DNA of 64,000 nt from Piromyces finnis finn (GCA_002104945.1 MCFH01000044.1:124001-188000); one strand, 5' to 3'. Positions 14,295 to 32,900 are shown, counted from the stretch's first letter. The notes: generated by a model from the sequence alone, not told the origin. Numbers and translations are program-made.

Positions 14295-15953
14295 TTTTCC
14301 AATTTTTGGTTTATACTCTTACTGCATATTTATGAATAATAAGATAAAACATATATATATAAATTAAAAAAAAAAAAAAATTAGAATTATGATATACATA
14401 ATATAAATAATATACTTTATTAATTATAATTAATATAAATACAATAATTATATTATTTCTTCCTTCTCCTTTTCCTTCTTTTAATTTATTTATCTATTTA
14501 TTTTATTTTTTATTTATTTTTTTTTTTTTTTTTGATTAATTCATGTATTTAAATTGTTTTATTTATTCATTTTTTCATTTTTTGTCATTTTCTTCTTTTT
14601 CTTTTTAATTTAAAAAAATGATAAATTAATATTAAAATCAGTATATATATATAAATAAATTATTTTGTATTGTTTTTCATATAGTAAATTAATTCTATAT
14701 TGCTTGCATATTCTTCTAACAGTAATTGGATTTAAATTTTTAAATATATGGTATTTTTAAGATACATTTAGAAATAAATATTTTAGATAATGTTGAATAA
14801 TCCATATTCATATATCATTAATTAAAAGGCTATATAGAAGTTGGTCTATTTAATTTAGTTTTTAAGTCTATAACATATTTCTTCAACAATTTTTACATTT
14901 ATATATGATACACTACTTTTTTTTTAAATTATTTGGTATTTTCAATTTCTTTGTTAATAAATATTTCTTGTTAACGATTATTTTCCAATTTAAAGCTTTT
15001 TTTTTTTTTTTTTTTAATAATTAAAAAGAATTTTTATTTTTTTTACTTTCTCTCTTTTCTTATAAATATAATATTATATAAAATCATACTATACGTTTCT
15101 AAAAATTATTGGAGATTTAATTAATTTATGGAATAAATAATAAAAATTATTATTTTTACCATAAATACTAGAATTAATGTATTTTCCATATTCATATTAT
15201 AATGTGAATATCACGCATATTTATGCAAAAAAACAATAAAAATATGTGAACATCTAATTTATAAAAATTTTAATGATATGATATATTTATGGCTAAAACA
15301 TCAAAATATATGATTGGATAAAAATACATTAAAATATATTTAAATACATTGTAATATGTGGAATACATTAAAATCGAATTAAATTTATAATAAATCAATA
15401 GCTTTAATAACTTATATTCATTAAAAAAAAAAAGTAATATTTAATAGTCACTTTTTTATATTAATAAATTTATAAAATTAAGGATTGTAAAGTATCTGAA
15501 ATTATTTAATATTGTATTATTAATAATTAAAATTGATATATAGTAATAATAAAATTTTCAAAAACAGTAGTAACAATAGTATAAATTTCAAAAAATGGAA
15601 TTTATTTGTCATAATAATACATTATTGAAAAAATTAATATTAAATAAATTAAATAAAAATTATTTTTTGTTATATTTTACAAAATAATATAAATAGAACA
15701 TAAGATAAATATATATATAGACATACTCATATATTTCTATATATTTTCTATAAATGAATAATTATCAGTATAATTATATCATAAGAAATTTAAAGAAACA
15801 AATTTTCAATTCAGTGTTAATTAGAAATCAACAATGTATCACAACTGAAATAAAATTAATAAAATTAAAAATATAAAAAATAAAAACATTAAAATTTTTA
15901 TATATAAAAAACTAAAATAAAGAAATTGTATTATTTTATATAATTTAAGAAAA

Positions 15954-16260
15954 ATGGCTGATATTAACGAAATTGCTAAAGTTTTTGTTGATTTTTACTA
16001 CGGTAATTTTGATGCTGATCGTAATAACTTAAGAAATGTTTATGTATGTAGAATAAAAAGTATAAAATCCATATAATTAAAAAGAATAAATTCAATTTTA
16101 ATTATAATTAACACTTTATTAATTTAAAAAATTATCGAAAACTAATAAATAGAAAGATATTTCTATGTTAACTTTTGAAGGTCAACAAATTCAAGGTGTT
16201 AATGGTATTATTGAAAAATTAACTGTAAGTTAATAAATATTAAAATAATAAAATTTTTAG

Positions 16261-16292
<32 letters not shown>

Positions 16293-16638
16293 TAGCAATA
16301 AAAATGAATATATAATAACACATTATTAATTGCAAAAAAGAATCTTGGTTTTAAGAGAATTCAACATAAAATCCAAACTATTGATGCTCAACCATCACAT
16401 CCATCTGCCGGTTCAATTTTAGTTTCTGTTACTGGACAACTTCTTGTAAATATTAAAAATGACAATAAAAACTTAAATAATAAATTAATTATTAATTTAT
16501 TTAATTAATTTAAATGAATTTTAATATGAATAGACTGATGATGAACAAAATCCACAACGTTTCAGTCAAACTTTCCAATTAGTTCCAGATGGTCCAGGAA
16601 ATTATTTCATCTTTAACGACATTTTCAGACTTTGTTAT
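15954..16638 (+). CDS. NTF2: Nuclear transport factor 2 (last few codons unresolved)
   Basis: Four exons: MADINEIAKVFVDFYYGNFDADRNNLRNVY / KDISMLTFEGQQIQG / ...IQTIDAQPSHP...ILVSVTGQL / ...FSQTFQLVP...YFIFNDIFRL. A GTAAGC donor follows at 16639, so a tiny terminal exon is likely. Confidence 0.95.
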
Positions 16639-17421
16639 GTAAGCTTAATATTAATAAAATATAATTTCAATAATATCAATGACTAAGGGAAATTTAATAT
16701 TAATATTAACAAAAATATCAAAATATATTTTTATATAATAATTTTTATAATATCTATAATAAATATTATTTATGAATATCCTAACATTTGATTTATTAAA
16801 ACATTAGATGTAAAATAATATATTATTAATCGAATCAATAAGAATTACTGTTTAATTTAATTATAAAATAAAATTAAATAGTAAGCAGGAATTCTTAAAA
16901 CCACATATTTACAAATATACCGAAAGAAATATAGAACATATTATATTATTAATATTTAAAACTTTTAAGTTAAATTAATAATATTATATAGTATCTTATC
17001 TTTAAAGAAATTATAAAAAAAAAAATCAAAGCAATAACACCAAAAAAAAAAAAAAAAAAAAGAGAATAAAAATTACATTAAATATATAATATATAAATAA
17101 TATTTTTAAACACTTTTACATAGATAAATATAACTATATTGAGATTTTTATAATTATAATTATATATATAAAATAAATCAAATATTATTTTCTTAACCCT
17201 TTTATATAAATTATCATAAGGAAAAGGGTATAACAAAATTAAAGTATAATCATGGTTTCTTAGTTAAAAGATAAAACATGAAGTGTTTAAAAATTTTTTA
17301 AAAAAAACTTTTGTATCAATGATTATTTACTTTTAGTTTAAAATAAATAATTGATAATTAAAGGTTTAAATGTATGTTTAAATAGCATATCTAATAGTTA
17401 TTAAGATAGTATGAATATTTT

Positions 17422-17456
<35 letters not shown>

Positions 17457-18113
17457 TTTGATAAATAAGAATTCGGAGTTTAAATATGTACATATATACT
17501 TTTTATTTTTGTTGTTACTTTTTACCAGGTTTTTTATATAAAGTATTAAATTTTTGTTATGGTTATTAAATTAAAATTTTATGATCTAAATTTTAAAATT
17601 TATACCTCTTTTATATACCATTTTAATTTTTATTTTTAATAAAAATTTTTTTCTTTGTATTGAACAAATACTATATTAAATATTTAACCATTTTAATAAA
17701 GTAAAAAAGGAAAATATATTTATAAATCTTTATATCAAAATAATAATTAGGTAATTTCTAATATGCGTATTTATTAGTAAAGAGGAATTTAATTTTTTTT
17801 ATATTAAATATTAAAAAAAAAAAATTTTATGTAAAATTTTTTTTTTAAAATTCATTTTAAATTTCAAATTAATATATTTAATCTAAATTAATATAAAAGT
17901 TTGAATTGAAAAAAAAAAAAATACATATTTTTTATTAAAACATTATAGTAAACAATAATTAAAATTAAAATCCAATTAATTTTAAAGTATAGCTGAAAAA
18001 AAAAAAAAAAAAAGAAACAATATTATACATTACATATAGGTAAATTTTTATAAAATAATTTTATTTTAATAGAGATAAACATTTGCTAAATAGATATATA
18101 ATATATATAGAAA

Positions 18114-21366
<3,253 letters not shown>

Positions 21367-24325
21367 ATGAAATAAATACCATAGAAGAAAAGATGATAAT
21401 ATTTTTCTTAAAATATCTTTTTTAAATTATTAAAAGAAATAATTATAATATTTGATAAAAACATTGTGTATATTATTAACTAACTTTAATATTATTGAAC
21501 AATAATTTGATTAATATTTTTCTTTCTTATTTTTTTTTATTACATAAAGTTTTATATATTATTTATATATATAATATATCTTTTAATATTTTTAAACATT
21601 TTTTGTAATAATTATTTTTATTAGTAAATAAAAAAATATAAAATATCAATTTTAAATATTAGGAATAACATATTTTATATCATTTGTCAAATATAATAAC
21701 AATAGTTTACAAAATATATATTTAGGAAAAATATACTACTTTTTATAAAACATTCCAAAAATATACTTTATATTATTTATTATATATATCAAACACTTTA
21801 GTAGTTTTTTTTTTTTTTTTTTTTTTTTTTGTGAAAAGGTTAATAAAAAGTTTTTAAAGTTTTCACATGCAAAAAGTATCATAAAAATATTATACATTCT
21901 TAAAATTTAAAAAATATAAATTTAAATATATATAAATTAAACCCAAGTTTTAAATCAGCTTAAGTAAACAAACAAACAGAAGTTTGAGAAGTATTAATAT
22001 AATACTTTTAATTTTTTTTATATTGTTAAAAAAATAAAATATAAAAGTAAAATTTAAAATAGCATATGTAATGCATATGTATTATATAATGAAAGTATAA
22101 TAATAATAAATTCTTTTTTCTTATTAACTTTACTTTTATCTTATCCTTTTTATAATTAATAAATAAATATTTATAGTAATTTGTGTTTATTAATAAGGAA
22201 CAAGATTTTTATTTTAATTTATTAAGCTTATTTTCAAAATCCATCTTTACCATATCTAAAATATATATATATATATATGACTTAATTTTAATTATATAAT
22301 TTTTCTGGATATTTTTTTAAAAAAGGGGTAAAATATCATTTTTTCATTATTTTGGAGTAACATTAAATAATGTTACACAATGTATTAAATATGTAATTAA
22401 TTATTAATGTAATTGTATCGATTTCTCTAAAAAATCTACCTTTAATTTAGATGAAACAAGGAAATTCGAAGAAATTTCATAATAAAAATAAGAGACATTT
22501 TTTAAATTTAAATAAAATCAAATAGTAATATATTTTTATTAATAATTGATAATATAATATAAAAAAACTAATACAACAATGGATTTGTAATTAAATTAAT
22601 TAAATTTTTTTCAAACATTATTTAATAAAGTTTGTAACATTTTATATTAATTAAAATTTATGAATTAGAAATATGAAAAATGGGGTAATTTTTATATTAC
22701 TTTTTTTCTAGATTTTATAAAATAAAATATACATTTATTAATTTTGAAATAGTTATTCTTAAATGTAAATATCTAAAGTTCATTTAATATATAATATATA
22801 AATATTTTTAATAATAAAATCACTTAAATAGTATTGTTGAAATAAAAACATGTATTTCATAATTATATAAATCAAAATCTATTCTTTTTTATATTTAATC
22901 ACTATTTAACTATTTAAGCTTTTTTTTTTTATTTTATATTAAATGTATTGTACAATTTACAATAAAACCAATCATATTAATTAAAATAACCTTGTATTAC
23001 ACTAACTAATTTAAACTTTTCAAAAGATAAATTTACCAATTACTTTTTTTTTTAGAGCTATTTTAATGATAATAAAGAAAGTGACCTTATTATTATTTAA
23101 ACATTTTTTATCAAATTAATAATAAAAAGTATTACTAATATTTTTATTTAAATAATTAGTAATAGAAAATAGATATCCATTTTTTATTGTAGTATTTTTT
23201 TTTGGCTAGATTCTTAAAATAAGGAAAAAAAGAAAAATCTCCATTTTTTTTTAAAAAAAATTAATAAAATAATATATTAGTTAAATTATTTCAATTAATT
23301 AGTATATTAATATAATTAAACTTTATTTTTAACAATAAATTATGATATATTTGATTTTTAAATTTTATATTTTATTTCTATATATTCTAATAAGGTTATT
23401 TAATTTTTTTTAAAATTTAATAATTCATAAATTTAATTAAAGTCAAGCTCTTCAAACTATTTTTGTGTAAAGATTTTTAAAATTTTATAATATATAAAAT
23501 TAAATAATATCATATAATATTTTTATATTGCAAATTAATTATAATAATTAATTATATATATTACGAGTATATTATAGTAAAACTGGTTTCATAACTTTAT
23601 GGTAATACATATATATTAAAAGCTTAATATATATTAAATTATTTCATTCTATTTTAATACAAAATAATATTTTATTTTAATTCAAACGAATATTGAATTT
23701 ATTTATATAAAATAATATATAATATTTGTTGAATATATTAATCTGTATAATTTTAATATACGGCCATTTTAAATTTCCTATATCAATCTTACTAGATATA
23801 AAATTTTTATAACAAAAAAAAATAAAAATAAAAATAAAAAATAAACAAACCTATATAAATAAAAAAAAAGTTAACTTTTTTTTTTTTCTCCATAAAAAAA
23901 AACATAAAAAATTATATAAAAGTTTAGAAAATAGAAAAATATATAAAATTATTTTTTCTTATTCTGGTTTTATATATAAAGTGTATAAGATATTTTATTA
24001 TTATATAATAAATAAGTTTATGTTGTTTAAAATTTAATAGAAATATTCTATTAGTGATTAATTATTTTTTTAAACAAAGTTAAAAAATATTAATTTATAA
24101 TTTTAAACAAATTAATAGTACTTTTTTATTGTTTTATTAAAGTAATTTTTTTTTTTTAAAACGAAAAAAAAAACAATTAATTTTTCAAAGAAATTCATAA
24201 TATTTTATAATTATTATTTATTATTTAGAAAATATTTTATAAGAATATTATAGAATTATCTCTATTTAAGCTAAATAATAATTTTTATATACAACAATAC
24301 GATTTTTAATTAAAAAAAAATAAAA

Positions 24326-24977
24326 ATGAATTGCATGTACTTTATTTCCTTTATTTTTATAGTATTAAATACTATAAATGCCGAAGTTTTACAATCAAGA
24401 GAGTAAGTTAATATAAACTGAATAAAAAAAAACTTGATAAATATATTAATATGAATTTGTTATTATTATATTATATAGTGAATGCTATTGCCAGATGAAT
24501 AAAAATGAAATTGATCCAATAGTTCCATGTTTAAGCAATCCTTCTGAACAAACAATGAATGGATGTGTATCAAATATTAATGAATTAGCTAATATGAATA
24601 ATCAAACCTGCTTAGCCCTTAAACCATGGAGTGAAATTCAAAGATTTATGACAGTATGTACTGAAATTTCTACTGAACAACTTTATGCTCAATGGGTAGT
24701 TCGTTCACTATGTCCAAATTTAGATAAGGATCAAATTGAAATTAGTACTAAAATTGCCGAAAAATGTGTAAATTTTGAAGACACAAAATGTCTTTGTGAA
24801 AATAATTTATATAAATATAAAGATCTTTATTCATGCTTCCGTCAAAATGATACTAGTTCTTCATATGAAAATTGTAAAGAAAATGGTTGGATTATAGATT
24901 CCTCTGCTATTTTCAATATCAATTATAAAGTTTTGCCAATTGGAATTCTTGTTATATTTATTGCTTTTTTCATTTAA
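24326..24977 (+). CDS. Small secreted 12-Cys protein with GPI-like C-terminus and partial CFEM-like motif
   Basis: Exons 24326-24402 and 24479-24977; signal peptide MNCMYFISFIFIVLNTINA; hydrophobic tail after SSA (IFNINYKVLPIGILVIFIAFFI*). Confidence 0.8.
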
Positions 24978-27900
24978 ATGAAATAAAAAATTAAATTACA
25001 AAAATTTATACAAAAGATTATTTCATTTTCTTGAAAGAAAAAGTTATAAGAGAGAAAAGTATGATATAAAACATATCGTTACAAATATGCATTTTCTTTA
25101 TTTCAAGTTAAATTAATATATTAATACCCATAATATACTATTATATTAGTATATTTATATTACATATTACAACGAACTTAGAATGTTAATATAATTATAA
25201 ATATACCAATCAAAAATATTATTTATTATAGTAACATTTTTATGTAATAAAGGTTTATATTCTACTCTATGGATACCATCCTTTAAAACTTAAAATATGT
25301 ACTCAAAGGGACAAAATCTATTATAAAATTTAACCAAAGAATTATAAGTGATACAAAATAATATATATATATCAACTTATTTTCAAAAAAACATTGAAAA
25401 ATGCTTGTAAATAATTTATAAAAAAAGTTATAATATGTTTTACTACAAATTCTTTTCATCAATTCAAAATCAAAAACATAAATGTATATAAAAATGAAAA
25501 ATAATAATTATTTGGTATTTATTTTTTAAAAGGGATTAAATTTAATAAATTAAGTTATTTTTTTTCGAGAGAAGAAGAATTGATCAAATAAGCTATATAA
25601 TATTGTAATTATGTATTATTTAAATGGATTTAAACCTTTATATATAAACCATGAAAACTCCAAATAGATTTTTTTTACCCAAATTCACAGTTAATAAGCA
25701 AGTTAAAACAAAACAACAATTAAATAAATAAAAATAGAATAATTTAAGTAATTTAAGTAGTTTTTTAGATAAAATACAAATTTAAATAATAAATAAAAAT
25801 AAAAATTAACAAACAAAATAAATATTAATAAATTATTTTTATATAAACATAATAATAGTAAATAAAAGTTGTAATAAAATTTACGATTAAAAAAAAAAAA
25901 AAAGAAAGAAAATATTGAATTATTATTATCATTTTTATGTATTTTTATAAAGAATCTATCGAAATTTTTTCGTTATGAAAAAGAAAATCAATATTATTTA
26001 ACTTTTTTTTTTTTTTAAAAAAAAAATTCTTATAATTTTTACATAATCTTTGTATAAGAAAATAAAAAGAAATGTTTTGTTATAAGCAAATAATAATTTT
26101 TTCTTAGTTTTCTTTGAAGTGTTATTTAATCATATCATTTTAATTAATGGAAATTTAAAGTTTATTATATAATACCTAAAATTTAAAGTAAAAGCCTAGC
26201 TTAAATGAACCATGAACTATATAAAACATTTTATATTGAAATTTCATATAGAATGTTATATGATTATTTTAAAAAGAATAATTTGAGAAATATAATTTTG
26301 AAATCAGTACTAAAATCTAAAATATTAAATTAGGATTTTATTTGCATATTTTGTCTTTTCTATGGATATTATAATTTAAAATGCAAAAATCAACTTTTAC
26401 CTCTTTTGGATCTCCATTCTGGATTAATTTATATTTTCTGCCACACTGCCAAATTTTTCTAGCATAAAGTTCTAGCCAAGAACCTCCCTCCAAAGAAATG
26501 AATATGTTAAGAATTATTATTTTTAATATTTAACAGTAATAAACATTCCTTTTAATAAATTATTTTTTTTTTTTTTTTGGATAAATGCCACAATACCAGT
26601 GATATCAATACAATAAAATAATAACGAATTTGTAAATATATTAAAACTAATACATATTCAGAAAATACTATTATTATTAATTAATCACAATAGTTCTTTA
26701 AAAGGATCTTACATTCTATTATTGATAATTGTCAACATTAAAATTAACTATATATGTACTAATATTGATAAAATAATAAGACTTTCTAGCTAAATAATAT
26801 TTAAATAAATTTAAATGTTATTTATATCTAATAATATTAATTTGTTTATTTTCTTTTATTCTTTATTTTAGAAAAATTTTATTAATATTTTATGTACTAT
26901 AATTTTTTATAAAAATTAATAAGACTTAGACTATATCTATTTTCATTGTTTAAATATTAAATCAAATATTATTTAAAAATAAATAACTTTCATAAATACA
27001 TTTCCAAGAAATCACTATGTTATTATAGTTATAATAATAACTGTCGATTCTTTTTTTTTTTTTTCTTGTAAAACTTTTAAATATGTAATAATTTAATATA
27101 AGATTAAAATTTATTTAAAAATTTTAATATAACTATTTATTTATTTCTGTTAATATGTCCACTTATATTAATAGTAATATTTGATAGAATTTATTTACTA
27201 ATTAATATTTTCATTCATTTGTTTATTTTTATAATAATTTAAAAGTTAATAAAATTTTAATTCAATTATTACCATTTTTAGAAAGAATTAAATTAATTTT
27301 TCAAATTTTTTAAAATTAACTTTATACATAAATTTAAGTAAATACTACAAAAAAGGGTTGATAATAAATTATTAAAAAAATAATAATAAAGAATTAATAG
27401 ATTGATTTTATATAAATATAACATTTACATATTAAAGATCTTGTTTAATATGATAAAAAAAATTCAAGAATTATTATTATAAAGAAAATATTATATCATC
27501 AAAGAGAATCTTATTACTAAACGAAAAATATTATTTTTGAAATAATATTATATATGTAAATCAATCCAATTATTGCTATTTACAATTTCATTATAATTAA
27601 AATGCATTAAACCAATAATTAATAATATCAACAATAGTAAAAAGATGATTCAAGCTATATTTATAGTATTACAAGAATAAAGCAATTATTATTTATGCAT
27701 ACCATTTATAAGTCGTATTATAAATTTAGATTCTGGTCTTAAAATTCATAGTCAAGATTATTTTGAAATTTATTTTTAAACTTTAATTAAAATAACGTTT
27801 AGGATTATTTCAATATATAATCTAATTTATTGATTTTGTATATTTAATTTATTATTAAATCCAATAAAATATATGAAAAATAAAGAAATAATTAAAATAA

Positions 27901-29938
27901 GCATTAAAAACAAAACAAAAATAATATCAACTAAAAAAAAAAAAAAGAAAAAAGGAAAAAGAAAAAAGAATTAAAAAGTTTAAAGTATAATTTGATATTA
28001 TATATATATTTAATTATAAATTGAATATAATATCATATAATTAAAATCATTTCAAATTATAGTTTTACCCTCTTTTTTTTCCTATGCTATGAAAATAAAT
28101 GACAGATAATATAAAAAAGTTTACTAATTTTTCTCTTTACTTCTGAAAATATATTAATAATTTGATTCATTCTATTACAATAAATTATAATAAAATAATA
28201 TTTTTATAATGGTTAAAATGCTGATTTTAGATGAAAATTAATAATAAAAGAAATAAAATCAATTACATTTTAATAGAATCTAATATATTAGTATTCTTAT
28301 TCAAACTGATTATCATTATTTTAATATTCTTTTATATGAGTGTTATTTTATTTTTAAATTCATATATATTGTATTTATGTGAAATAAGTTAATAATAATG
28401 TATAATAAAAGTAAAAAAATATTATAAATATATTAAAAATCTATCAAAATTCATTTTTTATATTTATTAAAATTTAAAATTAAAATATAATTAAAATTTT
28501 ATATTAAAAAAAATGTTTTAAACATTTTCATTTTAATAATGTTAAATTAAATATTTACAAGTATTTCATTTAATATTTTTATATTATTACTCTTGACTTT
28601 TTATACTCCTAAATATTGACATAGCATCAATGCTTTTATATTAATATAACTATTTTTATTTTTATTACACACAAAAATATTTTGTTTTACCATATTAAAT
28701 ATAATTTAAAAGATTTATTATTACAAAATAAATTAAAAAAAAAAAAAGGGCAACCATAACAAAAAAGCATAAGAAAAATAAAGTAATTATAAAAAATATT
28801 TAATATCAAATAATATATAAATGAAAATAAAAAAAAAAAGTCAAAATAAATTAATTCAGAACCACTAGTTTGTATATATTTGAGAAATAGTTTATAAAAA
28901 AAAGAAAAAATTTAGAAAGGAGAAAGCATTTCAACAAGTTTAGAAAAAACAAATTTATTTTTCCTTTTTTTAAAAATATATATATTAAGATACGTGGAAC
29001 ATAAAATACATATAAAACTAATTATAAAGTAAGAATTTAAATTTAATAATTTTTTATTGTGGAATGCTATTATTAATATACATTTAAAAGTGAAAAATAA
29101 TTATATATTTTTAAGAGAGTTGAATAAAAATAAAAAGAAACTGAAAAGTTCTTTTTCAAAAATCATTTACAATTTATTTACCTAAATTTGTTTATATAAA
29201 GGGAAATTATTATTTATGGTTACACTGTCTTTTTTTATATATCTATTATGTTTTATAATTCAATCATCTAACAAATAATCATTTATAAATATAATTTTTT
29301 ACAATTATTAAAAATTATATTATATATATTATATGCTTGTTAAATATTTATTATATATTATTATGCATATAGACTTTTAATAACAATATTTTAAGTCTTA
29401 CATTCAACATAATTATAATTAATAAGAATAATATTTAAAGACTTTTTTTTTAAAAAAAAAAAAAAAAAAAAAAAGAGATAAAAAAAGACATTAATTTTAT
29501 TAAAAGCAACAAAGCTCTTATCTATTTCAAATTATTTTTCAAAACCATGTATAAACAATATTTTATGAATATTCATTAAAAACAGTGAAAAAAATCTATT
29601 ATAATAAGTTTTTTTAAAAAAAATGCTATGTTATATATATATTATATTATTGTATGAAATAATTAATTTTTATATAAAAGAGGGGGGGAAAAGTTATTAC
29701 TTTTTTTTTTTTTTTTTTTTTGAACTATTTTTATATTAAAAACTTATTCTATTTCCATTTAATAATAAATCAATAACAATAGAAAAAAAAAGATATTTAT
29801 CTTTTTTTTTTTATTTTTTTATATATATTTTATATACTTATAATTGTGACAATAATAAACTAATTTAAAACATCAATAGGAAAACTAATAAAACTAAAAA
29901 CAATTAGAATCTAGTAATAAAGTTTATAAATATCCATT

Positions 29939-32900
29939 ATGAACAAGGTTAAAGAAGATGATAAAAAATATAATCACCGTCGTCATAGCAGTAATACAAG
30001 TGAACCCGAAGATGATGACAGCGTTGATAATCTTATGAATACTATTATGAGAAAATTAACACATGTTCATATTGATAATAATGAAAAGCTACATCAATAT
30101 GATTATTGTGAAAATGAATCAAAAATAGAATTACTTGTAAGTAATTCATATTAATATTAATATATTATAAAACATAATAGTATTAAGAAAATAAAAGAAG
30201 ATATATATATATTTTTTTGAAAAAAAAAAAAAAGAAAAAAAGAAAAAAAAATTAATAGGCTACAGCGCCACCAATATTTTTGAAAATTTTTTAGGTATAA
30301 AATTTTTCATAAACTAATAAAAAAAAATTTTTTTTAATTATTTGACCAATATAGCTTCCATATAATCAAAGATCTGTCATTCAAGCGTTAATGTCAGATG
30401 TCGTTGATTATCAAATTAATGCTATGGTAAAATTAAGAAAATATTTATCTCTAGGTAAATTAATTTTATCTTTTATTTTTTTAAAACTTTTATTTATAAA
30501 AATAATAATAAATGCTTTATTCTAATAAACAAATATTTTAAATATACAATAATACAGAAAAAATATCAAATAATATTAATAATGTATTGGCATTAGGAAT
30601 TAATGAAAGATTTGTTGAATTATTAAAATCACCAAGTCCAATTTTACAAGTATGTATTTTATCAATTTTTTATAGTTTTTTATAAATATTATATTAAAAT
30701 ATTGACAAACTTTATTTTTTTATATTTGACTTTATATATATATATATGTTTATTTTGTTGAATATATTTTACTCAAAAATCTATTAAATGATATTAATCA
30801 TCTTTATTTTAATAATAGTATGAAACATGTTGGGTTATTACGAATATTGCTGCTGGTACCACTGAACAAACTCGTACAATTATTGATGCTGGTGCTATTC
30901 CAGTTTTAATTGAATTATTACGTTCTGAAAATAAAGAAGTTCGTACTCAAGCAGCATGGTCATTAGGTAATATTGCTGGTGATTGTGGAGAATTTCGTGA
31001 TATTGTTCTTCATGGTGGCACACTTCAACCTTTATTAGAACTTTGGAATGGCAATGATTCAATTGAATCAAAAAATCATATGCTTCAAGTTGCTATGTGG
31101 ACATTAGCTAACCTTTGTCGTTGGCATCGATCAGATTGGGATGTAGTAAATATTAAAATTAATAATTTTAATTTTCTTTTGAAATAAAAGATATCCTATG
31201 TTATTTTTATCATTATTTATTATGGCATTTATATTAAACTTTTATTAATTATGATTTATTCCATATTAATAGCTTGCACCAGCCTTCCCAATTCTTAGAC
31301 AATCTATTTATTTTGAAGATTCAGCTATTCTTTCTGAAACTTGTTGGGCACTTTCAAGAATTTTCCATGGTTCCCATCCTAAAGTGACCTATCTTCTTGA
31401 TTTAGAATTATGTCAAAGATTAGTTGAATTATTAAAGTAATATTTGAAAATATAAGTTAGCATTAATAATTTATATTATTGTAAGAAATTATTAATTTTT
31501 ATATATGATAATTTTTTAATAATAGAAATGATAGTATATCTGTTGTTAATCCAGTATTACGTACCTTAACCAACATTGCTTATGGAGATGATCAACAAAC
31601 TCAAGTAAGTTTATTTCTTTTATATTATTTTTAGCAATTATTGTTCTCAATTTACCTGTGATACAATTATCCTTCAAAAATGTTACTTTTCTTTCTATTT
31701 TTTAAAATTTATTTTGTAATAAAAAAAAATATTATTAATCATTATCTCATAAATATCAATTGTATTATTAATATTTTTTTTTAGTTAATTATAAATGCTG
31801 GAGCTATTCCAATATTATGTGAGTTATTATCCAGTTCAAATGCTTCCATAAGATTAGAAACAATTTTAGTTTTAGCTAATATCACTGCTGGTACAGTAGC
31901 ACAAATTCAATCTGTAATAGATGCAGGATGTCTAAATCGCCTCATTGAAATATTAAGTAATACGAAAGAAAGTTTTAAGATACGAAAAGAAGCTTGTTGG
32001 GCTATTAGTAATGCTACAGACGTTAAACATCCTCAACAAATAAGGTAAATTAAAACAATTTTTTTTAGAAAATAAAAAACAGATTACTTTGTTTTTAGTT
32101 AAACTTTTTACTATTTTTTATTATTATTACTGCATACATTACAAATTAAATAATAATTTTTTTCTTATATATTATTCATTACAAAATATTAATTATTTAA
32201 ACGTCTAATACTCTACAATCTCATAAACAATAAATAAAAAAAAAATTAATAATTCAATATTTTTTACCACTTTTTTCGTAAAACTATTTAAAGAACCCTC
32301 ATTAATATGGGTGTTGTTCATTTATTAATAGTATTTTTAACAGATTGTCTCTATGATATAACCATTCAACAAAAATGTGTAGATGCATTAGAAAATATTT
32401 TGATTACTAGCGAATCAGAATTAAATAGTGCTTTTAAAAATTCAATGATACCAACTTCTTATAGTAATTGGAATTATGATCCATGGAAGGTAATTCCATC
32501 TTCAAAAACATCAAGTAATGGTAGTATTACCTTTAATGATAATTCAGATTCATTACTTTCAAAATCTATAAATAGTCTTAGTCTATCCAGTTCTAATATT
32601 AAGGGAAATAAATCTTCCCATCCGCCATCTACAACTTCTAGTTTTAAAGAAAGAAATCGTAAATCAAGTACACCATACCTTTCTGGTTTTGAAAGTCGTA
32701 ATTTCCATAAAAAGAATAAAACAAATCAATCTACTAAATGGGCTCATGAAATGTCAGCTTTCAATCAACTTTGGAAAACCATTGAAATATTAGAAAATTC
32801 AATAAATAAAACTAATTATTATCATGCACAAGGTAGTTATTCAATATTCTTTTTCTTTCTTTCTAATAAATATTTGGATTATAAAATATTTTATATTTCA

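Noticed and set aside
17400-18113. RFX X-box upstream of ciliary genes (also 55352-55900)
   Set aside because: No acceptable GTTRCC-ATGG-YAAC match found.
27400-27790. Slightly less AT-rich stretch resembling decayed coding sequence
   Set aside because: Frequent stops and no recognisable motif.
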